From Schmidtea polychroa (taxonomy: Eukaryota), in NCBI GenBank assembly GCA_044892525.1, contig CM097885.1, positions 22,074,001 through 22,138,000 of the forward strand: a DNA stretch of 64,000 bases. The letters are read 5' to 3'. Made by a program: the position numbers and the translations under genes. The stretch's first letter is position 1. Each line of letters begins with the position of its first letter. Below are positions 11,850 to 23,282 of this stretch, piece after piece. The notes below the pieces were generated by a model. The model made no database searches, was not told the DNA's origin, and saw only the letters and a program-made list of their open reading frames with translations.

Positions 11850-12817
11850 TCATAAAAATTTTCATTAAAAATTATCTTAAAAATTATTCTATTAAAATTT
11901 CCATTAAAAATTACCATTGAAAATTATTCATAAAAATTTCTATTAAAAATTACTTAAAAAATAATTCATTAAAATTTCCATTAAAAAATTTCAATTCTCA
12001 AACACCTTCTATTTTTGTTAATAAATTTAAAAATCTTACTTTAATTTACTTATTACATTACTTTAATTTACTTATTTAAAAATTATTACTTTAATTTACT
12101 TATTTAACTTTAATTTAAATTTTTTTTTACCATTGATTATTTAATTTTAAAATTTGGACCTTAATTAACTTTAATTTAATTTTTAGAACCATAATTTACT
12201 TTAATTTTAAAATTTTTGACCATTATTTACTGTAATTTAATTTTTAGAACCATTATTTACTGTAATTTAAAATATTTGGACCATTATTTACTTTAATTTA
12301 ATTTTTTAGAACCATTATTTACTTTAATTTAAAAATTTGGATCATAATTTACTTTAATTTAAATTTTTGGACTGTAATTCAAAAATTTTGACCATAATTT
12401 ACTTTAATTTAATTTTTAAGAACCATAATTTACTTTAATTTAATTTTTAAGAACCATAATTTACTTTAATTTAAAAATTTGGACCATAATTTACTGTAAT
12501 TTAATTTTTTAGAACCATTATTTACTTTAATTGAAAAATCTTAGCCCATAATTTACTTATTTAGACCATAATTTACTTTATTTCAAAAATAAATCTGAAC
12601 CTTGATTTACTTAAATTTTTAGACCCATCATTTACTTTATTTTTAAATTTTAGACCCATAATTTACTTTATTTTAAAAATTTACTATGCGTTTTTTAATG
12701 TAAACCACCTTTTCTATTGAAATTCTCATGACCAAGAAGATCCCCTCACTATAGTGTGAAAAATCCATGCTTTTTTATTGAAGACTACCTTTTTCTATTG
12801 AAATTCTCAGGACCAAG

Positions 12818-12858
12818 GAGACCCACCCAAATAATATTTATCCTTGGCTTGTTTATTG

Positions 12859-12892
<34 letters not shown>

Positions 12893-13037
12893 TATTTAAA
12901 ATCCCAGAAAACATTGGGTATTACGGCAACAATTATGTAATCAAAAAATGTCTACGGAAAAAGTTATGCAATCAAAAGTTTGCAACATTTTTTACCCCCC
13001 CCCCCCTATTGCTGCCGCGGGCCACTAACTCCCTACT
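12818..13037. mobile_element. Outer terminus of the pPolB palindromic element (...GCGGGCCACTAACTCCCTACT)
   Basis: Homologous to 32040-32122 and 32329-32360 (GCGGGCCACTATCTACCTACT[ACT]). Similarity stops sharply at CTACT, i.e. a 5'-AGTAG terminus, and unrelated coding sequence follows. Confidence 0.75.
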
Positions 13038-13383
13038 TATACCTCAAGAATTAGATGTAGACGGATATTTATGTTCAGATACAGGATATTCAATAAATTA
13101 TGTAATAGTAATCAAAAATCAGATATCAAATAAAGTATATGAGTCCGACAGGTCAAATAATGAGATAGAAAGGGGTGATGAAAATGAAAGAAGAGTTGAA
13201 AATGAAGGTGTACTAGATAACAAGGACATAGGAACTAATGATAAAGATACAAGTATAATAACAGAAGTATTAAAGGAAGGGCAAGTAACCAAAAATGAAA
13301 TGAATAGTGAAATAAAGACAAAAAAGCTTAGAACTTTGTATGAAATAAAAAAGAGCCTGGTGAAGTCAGAATTAGAAGTGGAT

Positions 13384-13752
13384 GAGACAAAAGAGTTATT
13401 AAAGAATTTAGTTAAAATTGTATATCCAATGTTCGAAATAAAAGTGGATACAAAGTGCAAATTGGGAGACACAGTGAAAGGAATGGAAAAGAAACTTCCT
13501 AGTGTTATGCAGAGATTTGGTGAAAATGATGACTTTTGTAATAGAGAGGTCATGAAAACTTTGACGGAAAATGGAATTGATAAAGAAGTAGTACTAACAA
13601 GCTTAACATATGCAGTTTTAGAGATAGAAGCTCATAAGATAATGGAATCAGATGAATTAGAGAATTTGATAGATGCAGCTGCTCGAGTTTTAAATGAATA
13701 TTTAATGAAATGGATAAAAAGGAATGGAGGTTGGACCAAACTGGTAAAAGTG
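13384..13752 (+). pseudogene. Bcl-2-like domain within the retroelement polyprotein
   Basis: BH2-like LMKWIKRNGGWTKL, degenerate BH1-like VMKTLTENGIDKEVVLTSLTYA and BH3-like LGDTVKGME, in Bcl-2-like order and spacing across a helical ~120 aa segment. Confidence 0.65.
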
Positions 13753-13833
13753 CTTACGATAAATGAAAATAACGAAATTAATATACCTCATAAATCGCTA
13801 AATGGGAGAGTTAGCCCAATATTGAGAAAAACG

Positions 13834-15700
13834 ATGGTATTTCCATGGGTAATGTTTATGATAATTGTTTTGTGCGCGATAATTACTCAGACAACCTGTA
13901 TGACTGCATATGATTGTTCACAAACGGAAATGGGAAAGGTTTATTCGGTAGTAGATGTGTCAGAATGTTCGGATGCATACCCGAGAAAACTAAAGATTGA
14001 AAAAGATGTAAAATATCATGTTTATCAAGAATCTGATTTAAGACGAACGAAGGTTCGAGAATGTATAGTTAAACACACTACATTTATATTTTATTGTGGG
14101 AAGTGAAGTCATACTTCATTGATAAAGATGTATACAATCCCAAGGCCAGTGGAAGTTATGCCAGAAAATTGTTTAGCAGCATTTCAAACAGAAGAATTGA
14201 AAATAAGTTCGGAAATTAAACTGAAGGCAAAAATAAATCATAGGACGAGAGAAACGGTGGTTACGAAAGGATTAATGAAGCAAGACGGAGATTGTGAAGG
14301 GGAACCGTACAAAGTCAGTGGTAAAATTATTCAAAAAGCAGTGGTGATAGAAGAATATCTAACGGAGTTGAGAGAATTTGAAGGAGCTTTTGATGATGAT
14401 ACGGGGAAGTTACAGACCCACCCATTTTGTAATATGAAACAAAATAACTGTCAAACGGGGGAATCAATTCTTGTTTATGAAGTAAAAACTAATGTATGTA
14501 ACTTAGCGCATTTAAAAACGATGAATTTCAAAGAAATTAGTGGAGAGCAGTTTAGGGAGAGGCCTGACAATATTAATGTAAATTATGGAGTGAATATGAC
14601 AATCAGAACAACGCCCGTTTGGACAAGAAAAACAGCGACTGTATTAATGTCAATAATTCCGATGGACGCCATGCGTTTTATATTAAAGGAAGTTACCAAT
14701 AAATGTGGTCAGACGGTATACTCCACAAATTACAAAGGAGTTTACGTATCAACAGTAATAGTACAGGAAGCTAAAACTAGAATTCATACGGGTGATATTA
14801 AATTAACCCACTACTTTAACAATAAAATTGATTACTTATTTCATTATAGTCAGAACACCATGGAGAATATCTATCGAGAAATAATCTTAAATGATTGTAA
14901 ATTAAATAAAGAAATACTTCGAAATCGAATGGCAATGGCCATCACAAACCCAAATTTGGTTGCACCCATGTTAATATCAGAAAATGGAGTATTTGCGAGA
15001 ATCTTCGGAGAAGCTTTATACAGTTATAAATGTAAGGAAGTGTCAGTAAAAATAATGAAATACGAAAAAAGTACTAATGAATTGCCAGTTAGCGTCGATG
15101 GGAAGATACGATTTATGGAACCAATAACACGGATATTACTTGAAGAAAACACAAAACCAAAATTACTCCAGTGCAATAGATTGCTAGCACCTTTATACCG
15201 TTTGGCACCAGATTCTTGGGTAGCATTACCCGATTACCGAGGAGTTAGAACTCCAGATAAACTGGAATTAATCAATTTAGAGTATTTGGTGAACTTTACA
15301 TCCCTAAAAAAAATGGCACAACTATGTCTCTACGCAAGCGAGGATATAGAAGAAGCTCAAAGAAATTTATTATTTCCATCAAAGAAAGAACGGGTGATAT
15401 CAGAAATGATTGATACAATATTACCAAACGGAGAGAGTTAGGTTAATTATGAATATCTCCTAATGCCAGATCATTTCAAAAAAGCAACGTACAAAACGAT
15501 GGAAAAAAATTGGGGAAAATTTAGGTTCTTAGGACAAGCGTGTGCTGGTTTGATTGGCATCTATGTGATCGTAGTAACAATAAAGGTGATACTATCTCAA
15601 ATTTTATCTACTCATAGAATATTTAAAATATCCGGATGGTCATGGAAAATAATTATTGGTTGTATCCCGTTTATAGCAAGATTTTTTATTACTCATCATC
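13834..15700 (+). pseudogene. Envelope glycoprotein, class III fusion type (chuvirus G / herpes gB-like), two in-frame stops
   Basis: Hydrophobic signal WVMFMIIVLCAII, then TAYDC...YSVVDVSEC, a Cys-rich ectodomain, YFNNKIDYL...C, GEALYSYKC.EVSV...NELPV...FMEPITRIL, and a C-terminal TM segment (GLIGIYVIVVTIKVIL). Confidence 0.8.
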
Positions 15701-16099
15701 AATATAAAGATATGGCGAATGTGAGAGCACAGTTAAAAACTGATCAAAAGAGTGAAGAATCTTTGTGTGAATCGAGGGATAGAAATAGTGGCAATAACAA
15801 TAACAATGACAATGGCAGGAACGAGCAAATGTATTTTAGAAAAGAAATAATAAAAAGCGAGGTAAAACCAGAGTCACGGTGCCTAATAGAACAGATGCCA
15901 AATCTTACAGGAATCGACTCTCTCTCAAAATGGTATACACCGGTATTCCTTCCAACAGCACCAACATATCCAAGTGAAAGGCTAAAAGAAATGAAACCAG
16001 TAGAACATATTAAACTAGAAGCTGAAAGGATTGAACCAACAAGTGCCGAAATAGAACGGAAAAACATGCTCGAATTACCATGTAGTTATGCGTTGATGA

Positions 16100-16930
16100 C
16101 AATAGGAAATAGAGGCAAACAACCTCGAACAAATATACTATTTAACGAAAGAAAGGTCAAAGCCTTGTTAGATTCCGGTTCCAGTCATACTATAGTGTCA
16201 GATAAACTGTTGACAAGGGAAGAGAGAGCAAACCGACGAATAAAATTATTAAATCAATGTCTCATAATGTACTGAATATAATCGGGAAGCTAGAAGTCAA
16301 ATTAATTATTGGTAATCAAGAAATAACACATTATGTGTCAGTAATGAGTAAAAGCCCTGTTGAATGTCTAATTGGTATGGATGTTATGGAGCAACTGCGA
16401 GGAACTGCGCTGGATCTGACAACAGGAAAATTAATAAAGGGACAATTAGATACAGTTGCAAATAAACCAAGAGAAGTTGTTTTAAATCAAACGTTGGAAT
16501 TACCGGCAAGAAGCGAAATAATATGTTATGCTAGTGTAGCAAACACGTCAGATGACGAATGTGTTTTCGAACCCAGTCGAAAACTAGTAGAGAAATACGA
16601 ATTGCCAATGTGCGACGAGATAGTACAAGTAAAAGATCAGGCAGTGCCAGTGAGAATGGCTAATATTAGCACAAAATCTATCCAAATGAAACCTAACACG
16701 AAGTTAGGAAAGTTAATGAAATTTAAAACAGAAGAAGCCCAAAAATTACCGAGAAACATTAAAATTTATAGAAAACCACAAGTGACGAGCAACGATTTGA
16801 CAGAAGCACAAAAACAACAGTTTATGGCATTATTAAAAAAGTACAAAAGAGTGTTTGCAAAGCACGAGTATGATTTGGGACTCACCCAGGTGATCGAACA
16901 TGAGATACCACTACTCGATGAAACTCCTAT
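16100..16930 (+). pseudogene. Retropepsin aspartic protease plus post-protease region
   Basis: ALLDSGSSHTIV at ~16160 and CLIGMDVM after a frameshift near 16255. Confidence 0.88.
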
Positions 16931-17970
16931 TAAATTATCTGAATAAGGGATATAATCAATTTAAAGTAAAAGAAGAAGAAAGAAGGAAAACGGCATTTTC
17001 AGACGGTAAAGGTTTGTACGAATTCAATGTGTTACCATTTGGCCTAACGGGAGCGCCAGCCACGTTCCAGCGAGGTATGAATTTTGTGTTAAGAGACATC
17101 CCACACGCATTAGTTTATATTGATGATATAATAATATTTTCGAATAATTTTCAGGAACATTTGGAAGATGTAGAAACAGTATTCCAAAGATTGTTAAAGG
17201 CGAATTTAAAAATAAAACTCTCAAAATGTGAATGGGGGAAATCAGAAGTAGTCTATGTTGGTCATATTATATCCCGAAATGGATTACAGCCAAACCCCGA
17301 AAATGTAGAAAAAATTAAAAATTATCCAATTCCAAAAAATGTAGATCATGTTAGACAATTTCTCGGATTAGCCAGTTATTATAGAAAATTCATTAAAAAT
17401 TTTGCGCATGTAGCACAACCCCTGAACATATTATTAAAAAAGCAGGCTCAATTTAAATGGACAAAAACACAACAGGAAGCGTTCGAATCGCTGAAAGAAA
17501 GTTTGATTAAAAAACCAATATTAAGATATCCAAATTTTAAAATACCATTTATCCTAATGACAGATGCGAGCAATTTTGCGTTGGGCGCAGTGCTAGGACA
17601 ACAGGTTGAAGGAGAAAGAGATCACGTCATCGCATATGCGAGTAGAACTTTGAAACCACATGAAAAGAATTATTCTACGATTAAAAAAGAAACATTGGCA
17701 TTAGTTTATGGAATAACTACGTTTCGACAGTATTTAGTTGGGAGAAGATTTGTTGTCTTTACGGACCATAACCCTTTACAATGGCTCATGAAGCATAGAG
17801 ATTCAACAAGTAAGTTGATTGGATGGTCAATCGCACTACAGGAATATGATTTTGAAATTAAATACGGTACGGGTAAATCAAATGCAAATGCAGACACACT
17901 GTCGAGAATCCCTAAAGAAAATAATAATAATAATGAAAAAACGAACTATAATGATACAATATTTAATTAA
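16931..17970 (+). pseudogene. Gypsy-type reverse transcriptase (N-terminal part deleted) and RNase H
   Basis: KGYNQ, KTAF, LPFGLTGAPATFQR, YIDD (17116), TDASNFALGAVL, TDHNPL, NANADTLSR. The expected SP-V...CVDYRxLN...PLP block between ETPIK and KGYNQ is missing. Confidence 0.93.
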
Positions 17971-18189
17971 ATCAGCAAATAATATAAAGGAATTACAATA
18001 TGATCAAGAAAATGATGAGGAACTAAATCAATTACGAAAAAATGCAGTAACAATTAAAAAGGAGAGTGATTGGAAACATATTGTTGAGGAAAAACATAAA
18101 TATATTATCCACGAGGGTTTATTAAAATGTGTAAAAAATGAAAATTTACTAATTATAGTTCCAGCAAAACATCGAGAAGCATTATTGTT

Positions 18190-19900
18190 GATTTACCACG
18201 ATGGAGCACTAGGAGGGCATTTATCAGCTCGAAAAACATTATCAAGATTGAAATTGAAGTATTATTGGGAGACAATGGAACAAGATGTCAAACAATGGTG
18301 CCATACTTGTAGAGTATGCTTGACAAGACGAAATACGGAAGGAAAATAAAAGTTCCACTAAGACCTATGCCGGTGCTAGCAGCGCCAATGGAAATGACAG
18401 CAATGGACATTGTCGGTCCATTGCCGGAAACAATAAATGGCAATAAATATATCGTTGTATTTTGCGACTATCTAACTAAATGGCCAGAAGCATATGCCAT
18501 GCAAAATCAAAAGGCAGAAACGGTTGCAAAAATATTAGTAGAAAACATTATTTTCCGATATGGAGCACCAAAGAAATTACTTACAGATCAAGGAACGAAT
18601 TTTCAAAGTGAATTATTTAGTTCGATATCGGAGCTATTTGGTATATTAAAACTTAGTACATCACCATATCATCCACAAACAGATGGCCTAGTAGAAAGGT
18701 TTAACGGAACATTAATTAACATGATATCATCTTATGTGAATCGAAAACAAAGAGATTGGGATTTATTTATCAAACCATGTTTATTCGCATATCGAAATGC
18801 AGTTAATGAAAGCGCTGGTGAAACACCCTTTTATCTTATGTATCTACGGCGAAATAATATGCCAATTGATTTGAAATTTCAAACACCTATATCACAGTAT
18901 ATGGATATATCCGATTATAAAGTATAAAGACAATGGAACAAGATGTCAAACAATGGTGCCATACTTGTAGAGTATGCTTGACAAGACGAAATACGGAAGG
19001 AAAATAAAAGTTCCACTAAGACCTATGCCGGTGCTAGCAGCGCCAGTGGAAATGACAGCAATGGACATTGTCGGTCCATTGCCGGAAACAATAAATGGCA
19101 ATAAATATATCGTTGTATTTTGCGACTATCTAACTAAATGGCCAGAAGCATATGCCATGCAAAATCAAAAGACAGAAACGGTTGCAAAAATATTAGTAGA
19201 AAACATTATTTTCCGATATGGAGCACCAAAGAAATTACTTACAGATCAAGGAACGAATTTTCAAAGTGAATTATTTAGTTCGATATCGGAGCTATTTGGT
19301 ATATTAAAACTTAGTACATCACCATATCATCCACAAACAGATGGCCTAGTAGAAAGGTTTAACGGAACATTAATTAACATGATATCATCTTATGTGAATC
19401 GAAAACAAAGAGATTGGGATTTATTTATCAAACCATGTTTATTCGCATATCGAAATGCAGTTAATGAAAGCACTGGTGAAACACCCTTTTATCTTATGTA
19501 TCTACGGCGAAATAATATGCCAATTGATTTGAAATTTCAAACACCTATATCACAGTATATGGATATATCCGATTATAAAGTAATTATGCATGAGAGATTA
19601 CAGTCAGTGTGGGCTCAAGCTGGTTTAAAAATAAGACATAGCCAGGAAACGTATAAAGAATCCTACGACAGAAAAGCACATGCTCATAATATTAAAATAG
19701 GAGATTTAGTCTATGTGAATAAACCAGAACCAGAAAAGGGCTTGTCACCAAAGTTACAACTACTGTTTAAAGGACCGTATATTGTATGTGATACAACAGA
19801 AACCAACCTGAAATTACGTCCACAAAATAATAAAAAGGCTGGGACAATAATAGTTCATGCTAATCGTTGTAAGAAAGTGCCGGCAATGGAGAGTGATAGA
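18190..19900 (+). pseudogene. Integrase (HHCC, DDE, GPY/F) with 658 bp tandem duplication
   Basis: H...GGH...CHTC, MDIVGPL, TDQGTNF, YHPQTDGLVERFN, FKGPY. 18270-18924 is repeated at 18928-19582 with at least 3 substitutions. Confidence 0.95.
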
Positions 19901-19989
19901 TATCCGTTAAGATCGAAAAAGAACAAATCAGTAGAAGAAAAAGTGGTCAAGCAAAAAGTTATTAAAAACCCAGTACCCTTAGGATATAC

Positions 19990-21208
19990 CACTAAAGTCT
20001 TATTAATAACAACAATAATGCTACTAAATGTTTTGGAAACAAATGCAGGTCGATCTTTTCCAAAGTATGCAATAAAAAGGGTCCCATTATTGGAGAAAAT
20101 TCATATATATTCAACATGTACCCAAATAGTATGGTTTTATCTGTGTGGGTTAACGGAAGAAATAGAAATAAGTAATTTATTAAATCACTTTGACCCACCT
20201 GTAAAGTTGAATTTCAATAAAAATATTTTCGTGGCTCGTCAATTAACAGTCAATTATGAATACCCTTGGCAAATAACAGAGTTACTATTTCAAAATAATA
20301 ATACAAAAATACGTAATATAATCCAAATTGAAATATTAACAAAAAATTTAAACAGTCTGGTTTCAATAGAACCAGTAGTGAATGGAATCGACGTATATTG
20401 GGAACCCCACGAATCCCAAAAAGTGAAATTAATCTTCCAAAATAATATTATCGATACATTAAACATCAGAAAACCCTTTGTCCATTACAACAATTTAAAA
20501 TTAAATCAAACGTATGATATCGTTGTGCAATATTATGAAAAGCTTTTGCGTGAAAATGGTACCGAAATCGATAACCAGTGGGTAAAAATTGAGTCTATTC
20601 GACAATCCATAAAATTGGAAAATGAACCAAATCGTATTATTTTACGATATGATGATCAAAAATGGATAGCCACATGACAAGCGATAACCAATAAAAAAGT
20701 GGAAATTTATTATTGCGGAAAACTGCAAGCTATATTGCAAGGTAATATTACATCCAAAATATTAACATTTCAGCAAATACGTTCAAAGTCAACTTCAAAA
20801 ATTGTGATTGTAAAAATAAAATATTATCAACGTGCTTTTCATCCCGATCATTGGAAAATCGTTCTAGTGGAAAGTAAATCTATTCGAGTACAATTTGATA
20901 CAGCTGAGGCAGAAAGCTCAAAATATAGGCACAATTCATCAACCAATGTGATTCATCAACTCATAAATGACATTAATTCTTCTCTTATTAATGGAACACG
21001 AATTCCAAGAAACAAAACTACATTCTCATTATCAAATGATTTTGAAAATACTTATGTTATTTTGTCATCTATCATCATCAGTGTGACACTATTTTTCATT
21101 ATCATTCTTCTCACTCTACTGATTTACTTTCAAAGACTTAACAGACAATATGAATGTCAATCCAAGACCTCAAAACCTTGGATTGTCTATGAGGAAACAT
21201 GGGTCTAG
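19990..21208 (+). pseudogene. Type I membrane protein-like extension (signal-like segment, FN3-like ectodomain, TM, short tail) fused after integrase
   Basis: VLLITTIMLLNVLETNA; IDVYWEP...NNLKLNQTYDIVVQ (FN3-like); in-frame TGA at 20675; TM YVILSSIIISVTLFFIIILLTLLIYF; ends ETWV. Confidence 0.65.
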
Positions 21209-21716
21209 TGAGATACATTTATTTTGCATGCAATTATGATATTATAATAGTACTGTATTAGTAGTAACTTTTATTTTATGATAGTTGTAAAATTTGCACC
21301 TTTCAATCAAAGAGAAATATGATTGGCAAAAAAAGATGAACAAAAAATTTAAATTTAACAACTGTACATAAGGGGTAGTAAAAATAATTAAAATCAGTTT
21401 AATTAGTTAAATCAAAGAAAATAAAATCTGTCAAAATTAAATAAGTAAATTTTTATTAATATTTATTATTTATACAATGATCACCAAGGCAGTGCCCCTG
21501 GGGTACTCTACCGTGTTGATCACTTCAATCTTAAAATCTAACAATTGATTGATTATTGTTATATATATTATGATTAATAAAAACTTTCCCTCGTCTTATA
21601 TATATATATATTTTGGCGTCCCATCCCATAATGGAATATTAAATTAAATAAATAAAATAATCAAAGCGAATAAATGAACACATAAATAAAGTAATCAAAT
21701 AAAATAATCCAAACAA

Positions 21717-21917
<201 letters not shown>

Positions 21918-22158
21918 GACAGTCAAAAAGATCCCAATACCTACAAGTCTCATTATATAATTTATTAATTATCATAATAAAACTTTAAATATCAAATATA
22001 AAATAAATATAAAACTATTCGTATTATTTTATTTACGAACAAGAAGTTTTTTATAAGACATTTGTTAATAAAAAAAAGTCTCTAAATATTTAATAATTTA
22101 AGACAATGAGCCAGAATGACTTTCACTGGGTTTCACTAAAAACAGTTGTGTAAAGAAT

Positions 22159-22430
<272 letters not shown>

Positions 22431-22577
22431 GTTGTTGTTTTAGTTATTGTTATTATTAGATCTATAAGAAATTATCTACATAGTTATTAAGAAATAATAG
22501 AATGAACTTAAAATAAATGAAAACTCAGAGTATCCCAACTAATTTGTATTACGAACTTAAAATAAATGAAAACTCAC

Positions 22578-23282
22578 AGTATCCCATCTAATTTGTATTA
22601 TTGGTCTGTTACATGAAATACATCTCCGACATAATCCCCAATGATGTCTGGTATCAAATTTCTCATCCCCCTGCCGCAATTAACAACTCTCAACCCTCTG
22701 TTAAAAACAATGTTAAACGGGAAAACTTCAAAAAATAGTTCTGAAGGAATTGACATGTTGTCACCTTCACTTTTAAAGTTTTGATTGTCAAATTTTAATC
22801 TTAGAATGCAATTAAACACTTTATTCGCCATTTTATTTTTCCAATAATTTCTATTTCAATTGTTGTGTTGTAAAAGGTTTTGCGATTTCAAAAATCTGTC
22901 CTCGAACATAATGCACAAATCCCGCTCTTTGTGTTCGATATTGCAAAGTTATTCCGGTTCGACTTTCGTTAACGCAGAAAAATGATGGCGGTTTCAGTTT
23001 TGGATAACTAAATCTGAGATATTCATGCAAATTATCTAGGCCGTTGAGAAAATCTCTAAGATCTCTTCCAAGCATCCGAAGAATCGAGTCGTATCTGTAA
23101 TGAGACAAAAATGAAATGAAATATTTTCCATTTTGAAACATCACCACGTCTTTCGTAATTCGACAATAATCGGCTGCTGTGTACACGATTTTTTTTTCAA
23201 CAGTTTTTCATCATAGACTTCATGAATGGCAAACACGTTGACGTCGAGTTTGGATTTTTCAAGAATTTGAGTCCAGGCCTGT
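22578..23282 (-). pseudogene. Soluble guanylate cyclase exon (H-NOX plus start of HNOBA/PAS), frameshifted and 5'-truncated
   Basis: WTQILEKS...HEVYDE; LRMLGRDLRDFLNGLDNLHEYLRFSYPKLKPPSFFC...YRTQRAG; FFEVFPFNIVFN; RPIIQIRWDT followed by a GTGAGT donor near 22577. Several 1-nt indels; the start is replaced by the foldback arm at 23283. Confidence 0.9.

Larger units (their letters stand above)
6824..12817. repeat. Right arm of giant inverted repeat
   Basis: Reverse complement of 1-5983. Confidence 0.97.
13038..21208 (+). mobile_element. 5'-truncated, degenerate giant Gypsy-like retroelement polyprotein (Bcl-2-like / env / PR / RT / RH / INT / FN3-TM)
   Basis: ORFs 12844, 14119 and 15463 share one frame, separated by single stops (TGA 14104, TAG 15439). 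Frameshifts near 16255, 16935, 17960 and 18340 link the rest; 18974 and 20699 share a frame. No gag or LTR is recognisable. Confidence 0.88.

Noticed and set aside
12844..13037. N-terminus of the 420 aa ORF (poly-Lys, poly-Pro)
   Set aside because: It is read-through of the foldback terminus (poly-A and poly-C tracts); the real coding sequence starts at the 13038 junction.
13038..13120. Possible tail of an AlkB-like domain (IPQELDVDG...SINYVI) before the Bcl-2-like region
   Set aside because: Too short and lacks the diagnostic Arg residues; not supportable.
14104..20677. TGA-as-Trp genetic code or G-to-A editing, suggested by TGA stops at likely Trp positions (14104, 20675)
   Set aside because: The element also has a TAG stop, frameshifts, a deletion and other substitution types; ordinary decay explains it.
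21209..21716. Expected 3' LTR/PPT of the giant retroelement
   Set aside because: No TG...CA-bounded repeat or convincing polypurine tract could be identified.
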